Virus record (IMG/VR): IMGVR_UViG_3300044811_000054
Coordinates: 1 to 64,000 of that record
From: a virus
Length of the DNA stretch: 64,000 bases
Strand: one strand, 5' to 3'
Part shown: one piece after another, positions 18,152 through 28,584 of the stretch
Numbering within the stretch: the stretch's first letter is position 1
Layout: each line of letters starts with the position of its first letter
Position numbers and translations under genes: made by a program
Notes under the pieces: generated by a model
What the model was told of the DNA's origin: nothing
What the model saw: only the letters and a program-made list of their open reading frames with translations
Databases searched by the model: none

Positions 18152-19240
18152 CTATCTGCGGCGGGGGTTGATCTGCCGGGGTGCCCGCTGGCGCTGTTCA
18201 GGTCCGGTGTTGCGGTTCCGGCGGGCTTCGATCGCGGCGAGCATCGGCGTGTCGGGTTCGGGATGCGGTTGGGGGAAGCGGCGAGCGGCGTCCCGATTGA
18301 ACGCTTCGAAGGCGGGCCGCATGGTGCGGCCGAGTTCCTCCAAAGCGTCGCCGATCCGCTCGCCGAGGCGACTGAAGGCCAAACCCGGACTCTGCTCGGC
18401 GAGGAGTCGGGCACGCTCCCGTAACGCCGCCCCCGACTGGGCGACGACGAGCGCATCCAGGAGTGGCACGCCCTCGGGTGCATCAAGTTCGATCTCGTAG
18501 TGGGTGATCAGCCCGCCGTCGGCGCGGGAGAGACGGAACGCGCCATAGCGGTTGTCCGGTGTCATCGTGACCGGGCCGCGGTCGGCTTCGGGCGAGGCGA
18601 CGAACACTGAGCCGGATAGCCGCGGGTCCACTCCTCCCGAGCGGGCCAGCCTCTCGGCGTAGTAGTGCGCTGTGGCGTTGTCCACGGCTCCGGAGAGCCA
18701 GGACGGGAACGACGGGTTGCTTACCAACAGCATCTCCGCGTCGGTCAGCCGCCAGTCCTCGTCGTCGCCGAGCGCGTCCGCCCACGGGTCGACTTCGACG
18801 TGCCGGCTGTTGCCGAGTTCCCGTTCGAGGCGCTCCCAGGTGCCTGACACCTGCCGCTGCACTTCGTCCGGGCTTCCCGCCGGGTCGATGTCGGCGCCGA
18901 CGAAGCGGTGCCCGTCGTCGAGGCGTAGGTGCCAACGGCTGGTTCCTGCGCGCCGAAAAAGGGTGACGTTGTGAACGCCGTCGTAGCCGAAGTTCTCCAT
19001 GCCTGCGGGTGGCTCGACCGGATCGAGGCCGGTGTCGTCGACCCCGGTGACGAGGTCGGGCCGCCAGCGCATCGGGGTGGCGTATTCGCCGAACTCCCGC
19101 TGGTCGGTGTGGACGGAGACGTGGTTGGGTTCGCAGTCGTAGGAGCAGTACGCGGAGCCGTCGCGGGGTTCGGCGCCACACGGGCACAGCCCATCAACGA
19201 GCCGGTCGATTTGGTCGAGCAGTTCCACGTTCACCCCCAT
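18152..19240 (-). CDS. Hypothetical protein, probably leaderless
   Basis: 362 aa; CPCG...CSYDC; TATACT 6 nt before the ATG. Confidence 0.65.
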   Translation of the reverse strand: MGVNVELLDQIDRLVDGLCPCGAEPRDGSAYCSYDCEPNHVSVHTDQREFGEYATPMRWRPDLVTGVDDTGLDPVEPPAGMENFGYDGVHNVTLFRRAGTSRWHLRLDDGHRFVGADIDPAGSPDEVQRQVSGTWERLERELGNSRHVEVDPWADALGDDEDWRLTDAEMLLVSNPSFPSWLSGAVDNATAHYYAERLARSGGVDPRLSGSVFVASPEADRGPVTMTPDNRYGAFRLSRADGGLITHYEIELDAPEGVPLLDALVVAQSGAALRERARLLAEQSPGLAFSRLGERIGDALEELGRTMRPAFEAFNRDAARRFPQPHPEPDTPMLAAIEARRNRNTGPEQRQRAPRQINPRRR

Positions 19241-19291
19241 CCGATCAGTATATCCGCAGGTCAGGCTACATGCGAGCCTGCCACTTCCGGG

Positions 19292-19486
19292 TCAGGCCGG
19301 GTCGAATTCCCCGGCTCGCACACCGTTGACGAACTCGGCCCATTCGTTGCGGTCGAAGGTCAGGAAGTTTCCGCCTTCGCCACCCTTGGAGTCGCGGACG
19401 AGGAACTGGCCGTCGGCCTGGGCGACTTCGACGCAGGCGCCGTTGCCGCAAAAACTGGACTTGTACCAGTCGGTGGGGGGTTTCAC
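19292..19486 (-). CDS. DUF397 protein
   Basis: WYKSSFC..GACVEVA...VRDSK...W.EFV.GVRAGEFD. Confidence 0.9.
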   Translation of the reverse strand: MKPPTDWYKSSFCGNGACVEVAQADGQFLVRDSKGGEGGNFLTFDRNEWAEFVNGVRAGEFDPA

Positions 19487-20056
19487 GGGCTCAGCCTGCC
19501 ATATAGCTGATCGGCTACCGATCCATCGGGCGCATGACCCGCCGAACCAGCTGAGAGCGCCTGTGGCGGGTCAGACGTACCGGTGTGCCCGTCGGGCCCT
19601 TCTGGAAGCTCCACGTAGCACTGGAGGCCGCGCGCGGTGGGTTGGGCGCTGTCCTCGGCGAGCGCGTGGCAGCCGGGGTGCTGGCAACGGCAGTGGGCGC
19701 CGCAAAATTTGCACTGAGCCGGGATCTTGGTGCCCGCTGCCCCCGTGTACGCCTTGCAGTAGTCGTGCAGCCCGTGCAGGCAGGCCGTGGACAGGTAGCC
19801 GTCCGGGTGCGCGTCCGGGCTGCGCCTCGGAGCTTCATGGTCAGCAGTGGTCCCAGCCATCACAATGATCCTCCGGTTCGTCGTTCAGCAGGTCGAGCAG
19901 GTCGGGCCCGTCCTGGCTGGTGTCGTGCGTGCGGCCCGTCAAGCCGAGCAGTTCCGCACAGCTGCGCCCATGGCCTCTGATCACTCGGTCGATGCGGGTC
20001 GGTGTGTGACACCGCTCGCAGGGCCTCGTCGGTGGCGCGGCCGGGCGGGGGAACAC

Positions 20057-20575
20057 TCAGGCGGCCTTGCGCTCGGGTCGCCGCAGCGTCGTGGTCCGCG
20101 CCTCAGGGTTGATGTGGATGATCGGCATGCCCTGCGCCGTCGCCTTCCGCACGGCCGAGGCGGTCCCGCCGTCGGTCTTGCCCGGCAGGAGAACCGCAAT
20201 CGCGGCAGCGCTGACCCGGATCATCCCGTCGTTGCGGGCGTGCAGCAGCTTCACGCCGAAGTCAGGGCCGTAGGTGGTCGTCTTCACGGCGAGCCCGAGC
20301 AGCCGCTGCCACTCCGCCCGGTCCTCGGCACGCCAGCGGTCGGGTTGCTGCGGGAACGGCACGTGTGCCCAGAGCGGGATGCCGTTGGTGATGAGTGCGT
20401 CCGCCCACCACAGGTCAGCGCCGATCGCCATCCCGGAGACCCCGCAGGCCATGCCGTGCTCGGTCTTGAGCTTCACGGCGAGGCGGGCGAGCTCCGAGCG
20501 GACCCAGCCGTGGACGTCCGGGGCGAGATGCTGCGGGCGGTGGCCGGTCACCATCACCGTAGGCCAAACGGTCAC
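20057..20575 (-). CDS. SLOG-superfamily protein (YspA/DUF1273-like)
   Basis: VTGHRP, SGMAIGAD, ARNDGM, GGTASAV motifs. Confidence 0.8.
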   Translation of the reverse strand: MTVWPTVMVTGHRPQHLAPDVHGWVRSELARLAVKLKTEHGMACGVSGMAIGADLWWADALITNGIPLWAHVPFPQQPDRWRAEDRAEWQRLLGLAVKTTTYGPDFGVKLLHARNDGMIRVSAAAIAVLLPGKTDGGTASAVRKATAQGMPIIHINPEARTTTLRRPERKAA

Positions 20576-20790
20576 GGCCGCACCTCCACCGTGAACAGCG
20601 ACCCGTCCGGCCGGTCCAGGACGATGAGTTGGCGCTTCTCGACCGACAGCAGGGCTGCGTACACCTCCAGCGCCCGGTTCACCGCGTCAGTCCGGCCGAC
20701 GCCCAGCTCGGCTGCGATCAGGTCGAGCGCGGACATTGCCTGCGGGTGAGCGAAGAGGGTCAACCGGGTCGGGGTGCCGTCGGTAGTCAT
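20572..20790 (-). CDS. Small ribbon-helix-helix-like protein
   Basis: RLTLF...ALDLIAAELGVGRTDAVNRALEVY. Confidence 0.6.
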   Translation of the reverse strand: MTTDGTPTRLTLFAHPQAMSALDLIAAELGVGRTDAVNRALEVYAALLSVEKRQLIVLDRPDGSLFTVEVRP

Positions 20791-21071
20791 CCGCGCACCA
20801 GCGACATGACGACGTGCTCACCGAGTTCCAGTCCGAACAGGGTGCCGGCGGCAACGAAGCCGACCTTGCGGAACGCTTCCCGGCCGGTGTATCGCTTCGT
20901 CGAACAGTGGTCGTCAGCGCACTCGTCGTGGTCGCCGGTCGGGTCGTACTCGCGCAGTTGCAGGACGTCACCCGTCTGGAAGCCGCGGTCGTTGCGGCGG
21001 ATCTCGAACGTCTTCGTGCCGTCCTCGATGCGCTCGAAGTAGCCGGGCCAGGTCTTCAGCTCGTGCAGCAT
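20787..21071 (-). CDS. DUF3850/ASCH-like protein
   Basis: HELKTWPGYF...GTKTFEIRRNDRGFQTGDVLQLREY. Confidence 0.85.
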   Translation of the reverse strand: MLHELKTWPGYFERIEDGTKTFEIRRNDRGFQTGDVLQLREYDPTGDHDECADDHCSTKRYTGREAFRKVGFVAAGTLFGLELGEHVVMSLVRG

Positions 21072-21178
21072 GGTCACTCCTTGATCGATTGGCTTGGGTT
21101 CGGACGGGCGGTGCGGTAGAACCAGGGGCGCGGGGACCTGAGTGCTGGAATCATTAAGGTCCCCGCCCCTCAGGTGGA

Positions 21179-21556
21179 TCAGACCGTCATGCGCTCGGCG
21201 ACCGAGGCGACGACCATCGACCAGTTCGACGCCGAAAGCCACGTCTTCGAAGACAGGTGCTCCGTCCACCGGTCCAGGTCGGCCACCGTCCGCACCTGCC
21301 ACAGGCCGATGTCGTACGAGCCGTCGCACGTGCCGGCGCACCGGTCGCACTCGACCTTCCACAGAGCCGGTGGCGGAGCCATCAGTTCGTCGGAGTCGTG
21401 CGACAGCGTGAACTGCGTCCCGGCGAGACGGTCCCGGCGTTCCCACGCCTTCTCCGCCTCCGAGATCGCCCGGATCGACGCAAAGGGGATGTGGATCGCC
21501 CCCTTGCCGTGGGTGTCGACCCCACAGGTTTCGCAGGTCCACTCAATGAGAGTCAT
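21179..21556 (-). CDS. Hypothetical Zn-binding protein
   Basis: CETC and CDRC motifs; good RBS. Confidence 0.6.
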   Translation of the reverse strand: MTLIEWTCETCGVDTHGKGAIHIPFASIRAISEAEKAWERRDRLAGTQFTLSHDSDELMAPPPALWKVECDRCAGTCDGSYDIGLWQVRTVADLDRWTEHLSSKTWLSASNWSMVVASVAERMTV

Positions 21557-21570
21557 CGACTTCCTTTCGG

Positions 21571-22905
21571 TTATGCGTTCGCCATGGAGACGAACCGCGA
21601 GTAGTGCAGCTGGGCTGCGACGGTGAGAGTGGTCTCCGCACCGAATCGGTTCTTGTCGATGATCAAATCGGCCTCGCCCACGCGTTGGGTCTTCCGGTCG
21701 GCCTTCTCCGGCCGGTACACGAGAATCACTGCGGCGGCGTCGTGACCAATCTGCGCCGACTCCCGCAAATCGTGTAGGGCGGGGCTTTTGTCGGCGGGGG
21801 CGTGGTGGTTGGGTTTCATCGGCCCAACCACCACCACCGCGACCTGAAGTTCCTTCGACAGGGCGTGCAGCCTGCGGGAGATGTCCGCGACCTGCTGCTC
21901 ACGGGGTGCCGAGTTCAACGCCGGCGCCGCAAGACCGATCAGGTCCACCACGATGACCTTCAGTCCGCGTTCACGCTTGATCCTCAGAGCGCGGACGCGC
22001 ATGTCCGCGACGCTCAACCGGCCCGACTCGTCGATGAACAGCGGCGCATCGCGGGTCTTCCCGCAAACCTTGCCGATGGCCGTCCAGTCGTCGAGATCCA
22101 GCGTCCCCTCGACCAGACGATCGTGCAGCACCCCCGCCTGGGCGCAGACCAGCTTGTTGAACATCTCCACGCGGCTCATCTCCAGCGCGAAGTACAGGGT
22201 CGGCTCGTCGTTGGCGAACGCCGAAGACCTGACGAGGTCGCCCGCCAAGGTGGACTTCCCGGAGCCGGACTCGCCTGCGATCACGTAAACCTGGCCGGGC
22301 TGCAGCCCGTGGATGACCCGGTCGAGGTCGGGCAGGCCCGTCGGAATTCCCCCCACTTCCCCGGCGTCGCGGCGGGCTTCCCTGGCGTTGGCTGCGTCCA
22401 AACCCTCTTCGGTGATGTCATTCCAGATGACTGGGCCGTCGGTCGACGCGGCTCGGCCCGCGAGGTCGGCGACCAGAACGCGGGCCTCCTCAACCAGGTC
22501 GGCGGGAGAGTCGGTGCGGGAGTGGATCTTCTGGCGGATCCTCACGCATACCGCGTCGAGGTTTCGCAGAGTTGCGTAGTCGGCGACGATCCGGGCGTAG
22601 TGGGTGGCATTGCTGACCGTCGGCACCGCCTCAATCAGCGTGTGCAGGTAGGGCGCACCACCGACGCGCAGGAGATCACCGGAGTCGGCAAGAGCCTTGC
22701 TGACCATCAGCGCGTCGATCGGCTCGCCCTTGCCGTGCAGCTCGGCGATCACCGCGAACAGGATGCGGTGCGCGGGATCGCCGAAATCCTGCGCGTTCAC
22801 GACCTCCATGACGTCAGAGACGACCGTGCGGGACAGCAGCATCGCGCCGACGGTGGCCTGCTCGGCGGCCAGATCCTGCAGCGGATTTCCGTACCCGTCG
22901 GTCAC
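21571..22905 (-). CDS. dnaB: Replicative helicase, DnaB-like
   Basis: AEQATVGAMLL N-domain; IPTGLPDLD; GESGSGKS; FALEM; DLRES; KNRFG. Confidence 0.95.
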   Translation of the reverse strand: MTDGYGNPLQDLAAEQATVGAMLLSRTVVSDVMEVVNAQDFGDPAHRILFAVIAELHGKGEPIDALMVSKALADSGDLLRVGGAPYLHTLIEAVPTVSNATHYARIVADYATLRNLDAVCVRIRQKIHSRTDSPADLVEEARVLVADLAGRAASTDGPVIWNDITEEGLDAANAREARRDAGEVGGIPTGLPDLDRVIHGLQPGQVYVIAGESGSGKSTLAGDLVRSSAFANDEPTLYFALEMSRVEMFNKLVCAQAGVLHDRLVEGTLDLDDWTAIGKVCGKTRDAPLFIDESGRLSVADMRVRALRIKRERGLKVIVVDLIGLAAPALNSAPREQQVADISRRLHALSKELQVAVVVVGPMKPNHHAPADKSPALHDLRESAQIGHDAAAVILVYRPEKADRKTQRVGEADLIIDKNRFGAETTLTVAAQLHYSRFVSMANA

Positions 22906-23555
22906 CGCCGGCCCCCGGTGAAGCGGCGGTCGCGGCCCTTCAGCCGGACAACCCGGCCCGAGGCAAGGCGGGAAACCACGCGCGGGTCGATCTTCTGCTC
23001 CAACTGCTCCGGCGTGAAGTTCGAGGTGACGATCGTTGCCCGGTGCCGCGCCCACCGCTCATCGACGAGGCGGTACAGAGTGTCAGCGGTCCAGTCTGTG
23101 CTAATGCCGGCGCCGAGGTCGTCCAGGACCAGCAACTCCACCCGCTCGGCGTTCGCGAACGCGGTCAGGTGACCGTCGTCCGAGGTGGGACGCATTGCGG
23201 CGTTGAACTTGGCGTAGCTGGTCAAATGCCAGGTCAGCGTCTGCCGTTGCCGGGCGCGGCCGAACAGGCACTCCCGGACCGCGGCGTAGCAGTGCGATGA
23301 CTTGCCGGTGCCGAGCCCGCCGAGCATCAGCAGAGGCGGCACCGACGCGCCGGCCAGGAACCGCCCGATCCAGTCGTCGACCTCCGGGTTTTCGATGCAG
23401 GAGTCGACAAACTCTTCGGGGACGAACGCGTTATAGGCGGCGGTGGCGTTCTCCAGCAGGATCGCGGTGACGTCGACGGGCGGGGCGTCGCCAAGCTGGT
23501 CGATGTCCACGCCGTGTTGAGCGAGAATCCCGCGGGCCTTGTCGGTGATGTTCAT
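22902..23555 (-). CDS. DnaC/IstB-like helicase-loader ATPase
   Basis: GGLGTGKS, LLVLDDLG, TIVTSN, RVVSRL, GRDRR. Confidence 0.9.
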   Translation of the reverse strand: MNITDKARGILAQHGVDIDQLGDAPPVDVTAILLENATAAYNAFVPEEFVDSCIENPEVDDWIGRFLAGASVPPLLMLGGLGTGKSSHCYAAVRECLFGRARQRQTLTWHLTSYAKFNAAMRPTSDDGHLTAFANAERVELLVLDDLGAGISTDWTADTLYRLVDERWARHRATIVTSNFTPEQLEQKIDPRVVSRLASGRVVRLKGRDRRFTGGRR

Positions 23556-24541
23556 TGAGTCGCTCCAGAGAAAGGCTTGTCGTAGTCGGCCTGGTCGGAG
23601 GGCGGCTGCCACGGCTGTCCACGGCTGCCGCTGCGGGGCTGCTCGTTCTGGACCGCCTGCTTGCGCTTGAAGTCCCGAACGGCGTCGAGGCGAATCTCGT
23701 CGTACTTGGCGCGCAGTTTCGGCATTGCGAGGACTCTTGGCTTCCACCAGTCATTGCTCTGGATCCAGTCGATGAGGGCTTTGACCTTTTCGGTGGTTGC
23801 CTGCGGATCTCGTTTTTCGTCGAGAAGCAGCCGCGCTTCGGTGAACCATTTCTTGCCGATCGGCGGCCTTTTCGATCCGCCGGCCGCTACCGCATTCGCG
23901 AGGTACTCGCAGATCTCGACGACGTCAGCCCGGTCCTCGTCGGCGACCTTCGTCTTGCGACGTGGACGCTTCTTGGGTTCGTCGTCGGTGGGTGGCGGTT
24001 CGACGTCCACGTCGAACAACACCTCCGAAGGAGGTGTATTGGAACGCTTGGTACGAAGGTCCGGTACTTCGAGTCCCGCTGTGGGACTAGTCCGGTCTCC
24101 CTCTGGGACTAGTCCTAGTCCCGCTCTGGGACTAGTCCCGCTCCGGGACTGGTCATTTGACTGGTCTCCCTGTGGGACTAGTCCCGCTCTGGGACTAGTC
24201 GGTTCACCCTCCTCGTCGTCATCGGCACCCTCATCGCGCGCAACCTGAGCCGGGATCAGAAGAAGGTATGAGTTCTTTTCCTTGTCCTTCCACGCCGCCG
24301 CCAAGGAAGGGGCGGTGCGCTTAATCCACCCGGCCTCCTCGATGAAAGGGAGGCGCCGGCCAACAGTCGAACGACCGAGCCCTGTGAAACGGGCAAGGTC
24401 CGAAAAGCTCGGCTGGAATCGTTCGGGAATGATGCCCGAGTCGGGGTCAGCGAGCGAGATTAGCGTCATGAGGATGTGCCTGTCCGTAGAGGGCAGGCAG
24501 GACCCGCGCACTGCTCGCATGAGCTGCAAGATGGTGGGCAC
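23552..24541 (-). CDS. Phage replication initiator
   Basis: N-terminal wHTH (PSFSDLARFTGLGRSTV), iteron-encoded linker, C-terminal IDWIQSNDWWKPRVLAMPKLRAKYD; upstream of loader and helicase. Confidence 0.8.
   Translation of the reverse strand: MPTILQLMRAVRGSCLPSTDRHILMTLISLADPDSGIIPERFQPSFSDLARFTGLGRSTVGRRLPFIEEAGWIKRTAPSLAAAWKDKEKNSYLLLIPAQVARDEGADDDEEGEPTSPRAGLVPQGDQSNDQSRSGTSPRAGLGLVPEGDRTSPTAGLEVPDLRTKRSNTPPSEVLFDVDVEPPPTDDEPKKRPRRKTKVADEDRADVVEICEYLANAVAAGGSKRPPIGKKWFTEARLLLDEKRDPQATTEKVKALIDWIQSNDWWKPRVLAMPKLRAKYDEIRLDAVRDFKRKQAVQNEQPRSGSRGQPWQPPSDQADYDKPFSGATQ
24082..24200. repeat. Iteron cluster / candidate replication origin inside the initiator gene
   Basis: Five exact TGGGACTAGTC copies (24082, 24104, 24127, 24173, 24190) plus one variant at 24144. 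Confidence 0.8.
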
Positions 24542-24576
24542 GCGGACTCCTCTCGACGGTGAACGGTGGGGGCTGG

Positions 24577-24786
24577 TCAGGCGACATCGGCGGCGAACTG
24601 AGCCCACTCGTCGACCGGCTGCTCGTGCTTCTGCCGCTCGATGTCGGCGACAACCAGTGGGAGCTGGTGCTTCAGCGCCTCGGCGACTATCTGGCTGACA
24701 CTGACGTCCGCCCTGTCTGCGACACGCTGAGCGGCAGACCAGAGTGATTCGTCCGCAGCGCGGATGTAAAGCGTCTTGTGTGCCAC
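24577..24786 (-). CDS. Small RHH-like protein heading the replication operon
   Basis: KTLYIR...LWSAA...VSVSQIVAEALK. Confidence 0.7.
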   Translation of the reverse strand: MAHKTLYIRAADESLWSAAQRVADRADVSVSQIVAEALKHQLPLVVADIERQKHEQPVDEWAQFAADVA

Positions 24787-24912
24787 TCGGCATCTCCTCT
24801 CCTAGCTGGGTCAATGCTCAATCCGTGTACGTACTTAGCCTATCCGGTCGTGTACGTACACTCAAGTCAAAGGGAGGCGTGTCGTGTACCGACACGCCGC
24901 TACCTTTAGGTC

Positions 24913-25104
24913 ATGGCCGAGCCGAACCCGAACAAGCGGCGGAAGACGACGCGCAGGCAGATCGCGCTCTCCGATCCGCTGTGGGATCGCCTCGGCCTGC
25001 TCGTCGGCGATCGCGGTCGCTCCGAGGTCATCCGCTCCCTGGTCGCCTGGTACCTACGCGAGCCCGGCGCCAAGCTCCCCGAGCGCCCGCCACGACAGAA
25101 CTGA
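24913..25104 (+). CDS. Ribbon-helix-helix regulator (counter-oriented, leaderless)
   Basis: RRQIALSDPLWDRL...RSEVIRSLVAWYL; TACCTT 6 nt before the ATG. Confidence 0.75.
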   Translation: MAEPNPNKRRKTTRRQIALSDPLWDRLGLLVGDRGRSEVIRSLVAWYLREPGAKLPERPPRQN

Positions 25105-25158
25105 CCCCTCACGACGCGCCCCCGGGGTACTCGACCACGAAGGTCGCCATCGGGTCGG

Positions 25159-28100
25159 TCATCGAGACACCCGCACGGTTGCCTTCGGGTGCGCCCGGAA
25201 GTCTTTCTCCAGCTGGGTCAAGTACTCGATCGCGGACTCGACCGTCCCCCATTCGCCGCCGCCGCGGACCAGGTGGTCGAAGGCCCGAGGTGCCGCGTCC
25301 AGTTGCCGAAGCCCCTCAACAAGGGCCGGGAGACAGTCGCCGGCCAACTTGCCGTGGAACTCGGCCACGTCGGCGCCTACATGTCGCCAGACGGGACCGA
25401 CGTTCGAGGTCATGTTGCCGCAGTCGGCGACACAGCCCGGCTCATCGCCTCCAGTGTCGATCGTCAACCACACGTCGTAGCTCATCGCTTCTCCTTGGCG
25501 CCGTTTCGGATGGTGGACCGCGTTCCGGTCGCCAGCCACTTCGCGATATCAGAGAGCGCCCAACTGATGCAGAACACCGCTGCCCCTTCGCCGACCGGCC
25601 GCGCGAAGCGGAACAGGACGAACAGCACGGCCGAGAGCCCCAGGAAGATGGCGACCTGGGCGATTCTGGGTGGGTTCATCGCGTCTCCTTGGTCATGTCG
25701 TGCTCGTCTTCAGGGCATCCGTGCAGGCACGCCCCGCAGTCCAGGCAGCTGTCGCCTGTCTCATCGCTCTCACAAAGCGCCTGGTCGCACGTGCAGTCCG
25801 GACAGCCGCCCACCAGATGTGCGAGGGCGGCGTGACGGGTGTCGAAACGGCGGGCCGTCTCACCCCGGCGGCGGCCGAACCAGGAACCGGCCGCCTCATG
25901 AACGACGCTCGGGAACGCTGCACCCACGAACTCGTGCCCGCGGTACGCCTTCAGCCCGCCGAGGCCGTCGTCGTACAGGTCGACACCGTGTGTGGTCCAG
26001 GGCTCGGCGGCGGTCATGAGGGGCCACCCTTCGCCCGGTTTATGGCAGCCTTGGCCTCGGCGATCTCGCGGAACATCCGGGAGCGCCGTGCGGCCTGTTC
26101 TGCCGTGAATAGTGACCCGATCGGCCGCCAGTCGGAACGCAGCCAGTCCGCGGCGTCGCTCAGGGCTCGGTAGGCGTTGTCCAGCTCGCGTTCGGCGGCG
26201 GCGAGCATCTCGCCGGGGGTGGGTAGGGAGTTAGGCACAGCCGCCGCTCCTCCCTTTCTCGATGCCGGCCGCATGCGCCCGCGAGATCAGTCCGATGACG
26301 ACCTGGACGGTGGCCGCCTCGTACCCGGCGAGCCAGTGGAGGATCCGCACGTCGAAGGCGCCGAGTTCCACACCCACGTCCTGGCAGGCGGCGGTCAGGT
26401 GCTCCCGGTTGATGCGGGTGAAGACGCCACCGCCGGGAATGGCCAAGAATGTTTCGACCATCAGGGGTGCGGCGTAGGTGGATTCTGCGGTGTCGTACGG
26501 GCCGGCGGTCATGCCGCTTCACCGTCAACCGGCAGCCAAACCTGGGTGCCGAGGCGCCGCTTGATCACCTCGTGGCCGTACTGGCAGCAGTTACGGGCGG
26601 CCCGCTCGTTGACGTACAACGTGATGCGCTGGTCGCTGTCGATCCTGCGGGTGGCCCAGTCCCAGCACTGCGCCTCCGAGACCTCACGCAGCGCGAACAC
26701 CTTGAGCTTGGGGTCGGTGGCGTCGTCGATCTGATCGCGGGCGTTGAGGGCGTCGCCGAGGTGGCGGAAGAGGCTGACCTGCCGGTCGTCGATGTCGCCC
26801 TCGGGATACTGGGCGAAGATGGCGTAGCGGGTCATCGCGCGGACACCTCTTCAACGTCCTCATCGCGCCACTCCGCCAGCGTGCTGACACTGTCGCCCGC
26901 GCGGTGGGTATCGGTGTGGCCTTCCAGTTGGGTGCAGACCCAACGGCCGAACGGATCGTCGTCGTCCGTGGACCCCACCCACCCGGACTTGCAGCAGATC
27001 TCGTCGTGCCGCTCAGGCGCGGGCGGGAGCCCGTCGAGCGACCCAGCGTTGGCGCTGTTGACATCCCACGGGACGTCGTGGAACCCGGTTTCGGCGCTCA
27101 TCGGGCCACCGCCTCAACCTGCATCGCCGACGCCTCGTCGGCGATTCGATCGGCGAATACCTCGAACAGGTCGATCTGGCCCTCCATGACAGGCGGCGGA
27201 CCCGGGTCGGGTTCCGGCTCGTCGTCACCGTCTCCGCCGCCGTCCGGGCGACGGTCGTACTCGGTGCAGGTGTAGTTGCCGTGGATGTGGTCCTCGTCGG
27301 TCCCGGTGGTCCACTCCTGCGGGATGCCACCACCGGTCACCGCGACGGACAGGATTGGGCAGAACTTCTCCGGCCCCGGCCGGTCCATGCTGTCGTTCCG
27401 GCAGGAATAGCAACCACGTGGACCGCCGGCCCAGTACTCGAACTGTGAGTTGTTGGAAAATGCGGAGCCGGGTTGGGCGTCGGCCGCGATCTCGGAGAAG
27501 CTGCGCATCAGGCCACCGCCTCAGCGTCGGTCCACTCGACGTCGTTGCACCACGGGCACTGACGGTGCGCGGCGATGTCAGCCTCGGCGGCGTACGACTT
27601 CCAGTGGTGCTCGCAGGTCTCGTTCAGATAGAACCGCAGGTCGGCGCCCATCTGATGCTGGGTCTCGTTGGTTCCATAGACGGCCAGGAACGATTCCAGC
27701 CGCCACAGCCAGCGACGGTCGACGCTGGTGGGGTCGGGATTTCCGTTGGAGTCCATGCCCTCGTCGTGGATGGACTGCGGCAGGCGGGATCGGTAGTCGG
27801 CGCCGGGGTGGGTCCAGGTGTCGGTCATCAGGCCACCGCCTCGACGTGGGACAGGGCGATGCAGGAGGCGACGCCCTCAACGCAGACGACCGCAGTGTGT
27901 CCGTCGAGCAGGTCTGCGACGGTGCGCGTAACGCTGGTCTTGCCATCACCCTCTCGGTCGCCGGTCCAGTAGCGGACGGGCGTGCCGACGGGATGGGCGT
28001 CGTTCCAGCGAGCGACGTGCTCACGTTGGGTGCTGGCGTAACTCTCGGGGTCGAGGGACGGGTACCACCCGGCCGCCGCGATGCGCGCGGCCTGCGCTCT

Positions 28101-28169
28101 ACGTGCTAGTTCCGTCGAGTCAGGTGCGGGGGCGATCGTGGCCGGGACATCGTCGTCTGCGTGCTTCAT
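25159..28169 (-). other. Block of about nine short coupled hypothetical genes (e.g. 25159-25485, 25482-25679, 25676-26017, 26231-26512, 26509-26835, 26832-27101, 27098-27508, 27508-27828)
   Basis: Consecutive ATGA/GTGA overlaps typical of phage early accessory genes. Confidence 0.7.
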
Positions 28170-28290
28170 GGATTCCTCCGGTGGTTTGATCGCAGCTAGG
28201 CGGCCTTGCGGGGGGCATCTGTTCCCTGAAGTCGACGTTACCACGTCTGAGACCACGTCTGTTACCACAGTTCGCGCTAGGATGGTTGGC

Positions 28291-28584
28291 ATGACCTTGA
28301 CTCGACACCCCACACCAGGCCCACGGTCGTTGCCACAGATGAAGCAGGCCGAATACCCTGACCGCGTGCCAGGAGAAAACGCTGACGTGCGCCGATTCCG
28401 CCTCGACCTCGAGACGTGGAAGGCGTACGGCGACATCGTTGGCGACGGCGGCAGATCCGCCGACCTGAAGGCGTACATCGACTGGCGGATCGACAACCCG
28501 ACAACCCCACTGCCGGGGAAGCGGCGAGGGCCCCTCAAGCGAGTCCGCGAGAAGAGGACCTCGCCGCCTGCTGCACCCGAGTAG
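28291..28584 (+). CDS. RHH-like regulator (counter-oriented, leaderless)
   Basis: VRRFRLDLETWKAYG...RSADLKAYIDW; TAGGAT 7 nt before ATG 28291. Confidence 0.7.
   Translation: MTLTRHPTPGPRSLPQMKQAEYPDRVPGENADVRRFRLDLETWKAYGDIVGDGGRSADLKAYIDWRIDNPTTPLPGKRRGPLKRVREKRTSPPAAPE

Noticed and set aside
19292-19486. DUF397-XRE toxin-antitoxin-like pair
   Set aside because: No adjacent XRE/DUF5753 partner; DUF397 is solitary here
21770-21835. DnaB motif reads VGPMKP instead of the usual xQxNR, suggesting an inactive helicase
   Set aside because: The changes mostly copy neighbouring bases (GGG CCG, AAA CCC, CCC), which looks like a low-quality base-call patch; needs reads
24082-24200. CRISPR array
   Set aside because: Repeats are 11 bp with short irregular spacing inside a CDS; no cas genes
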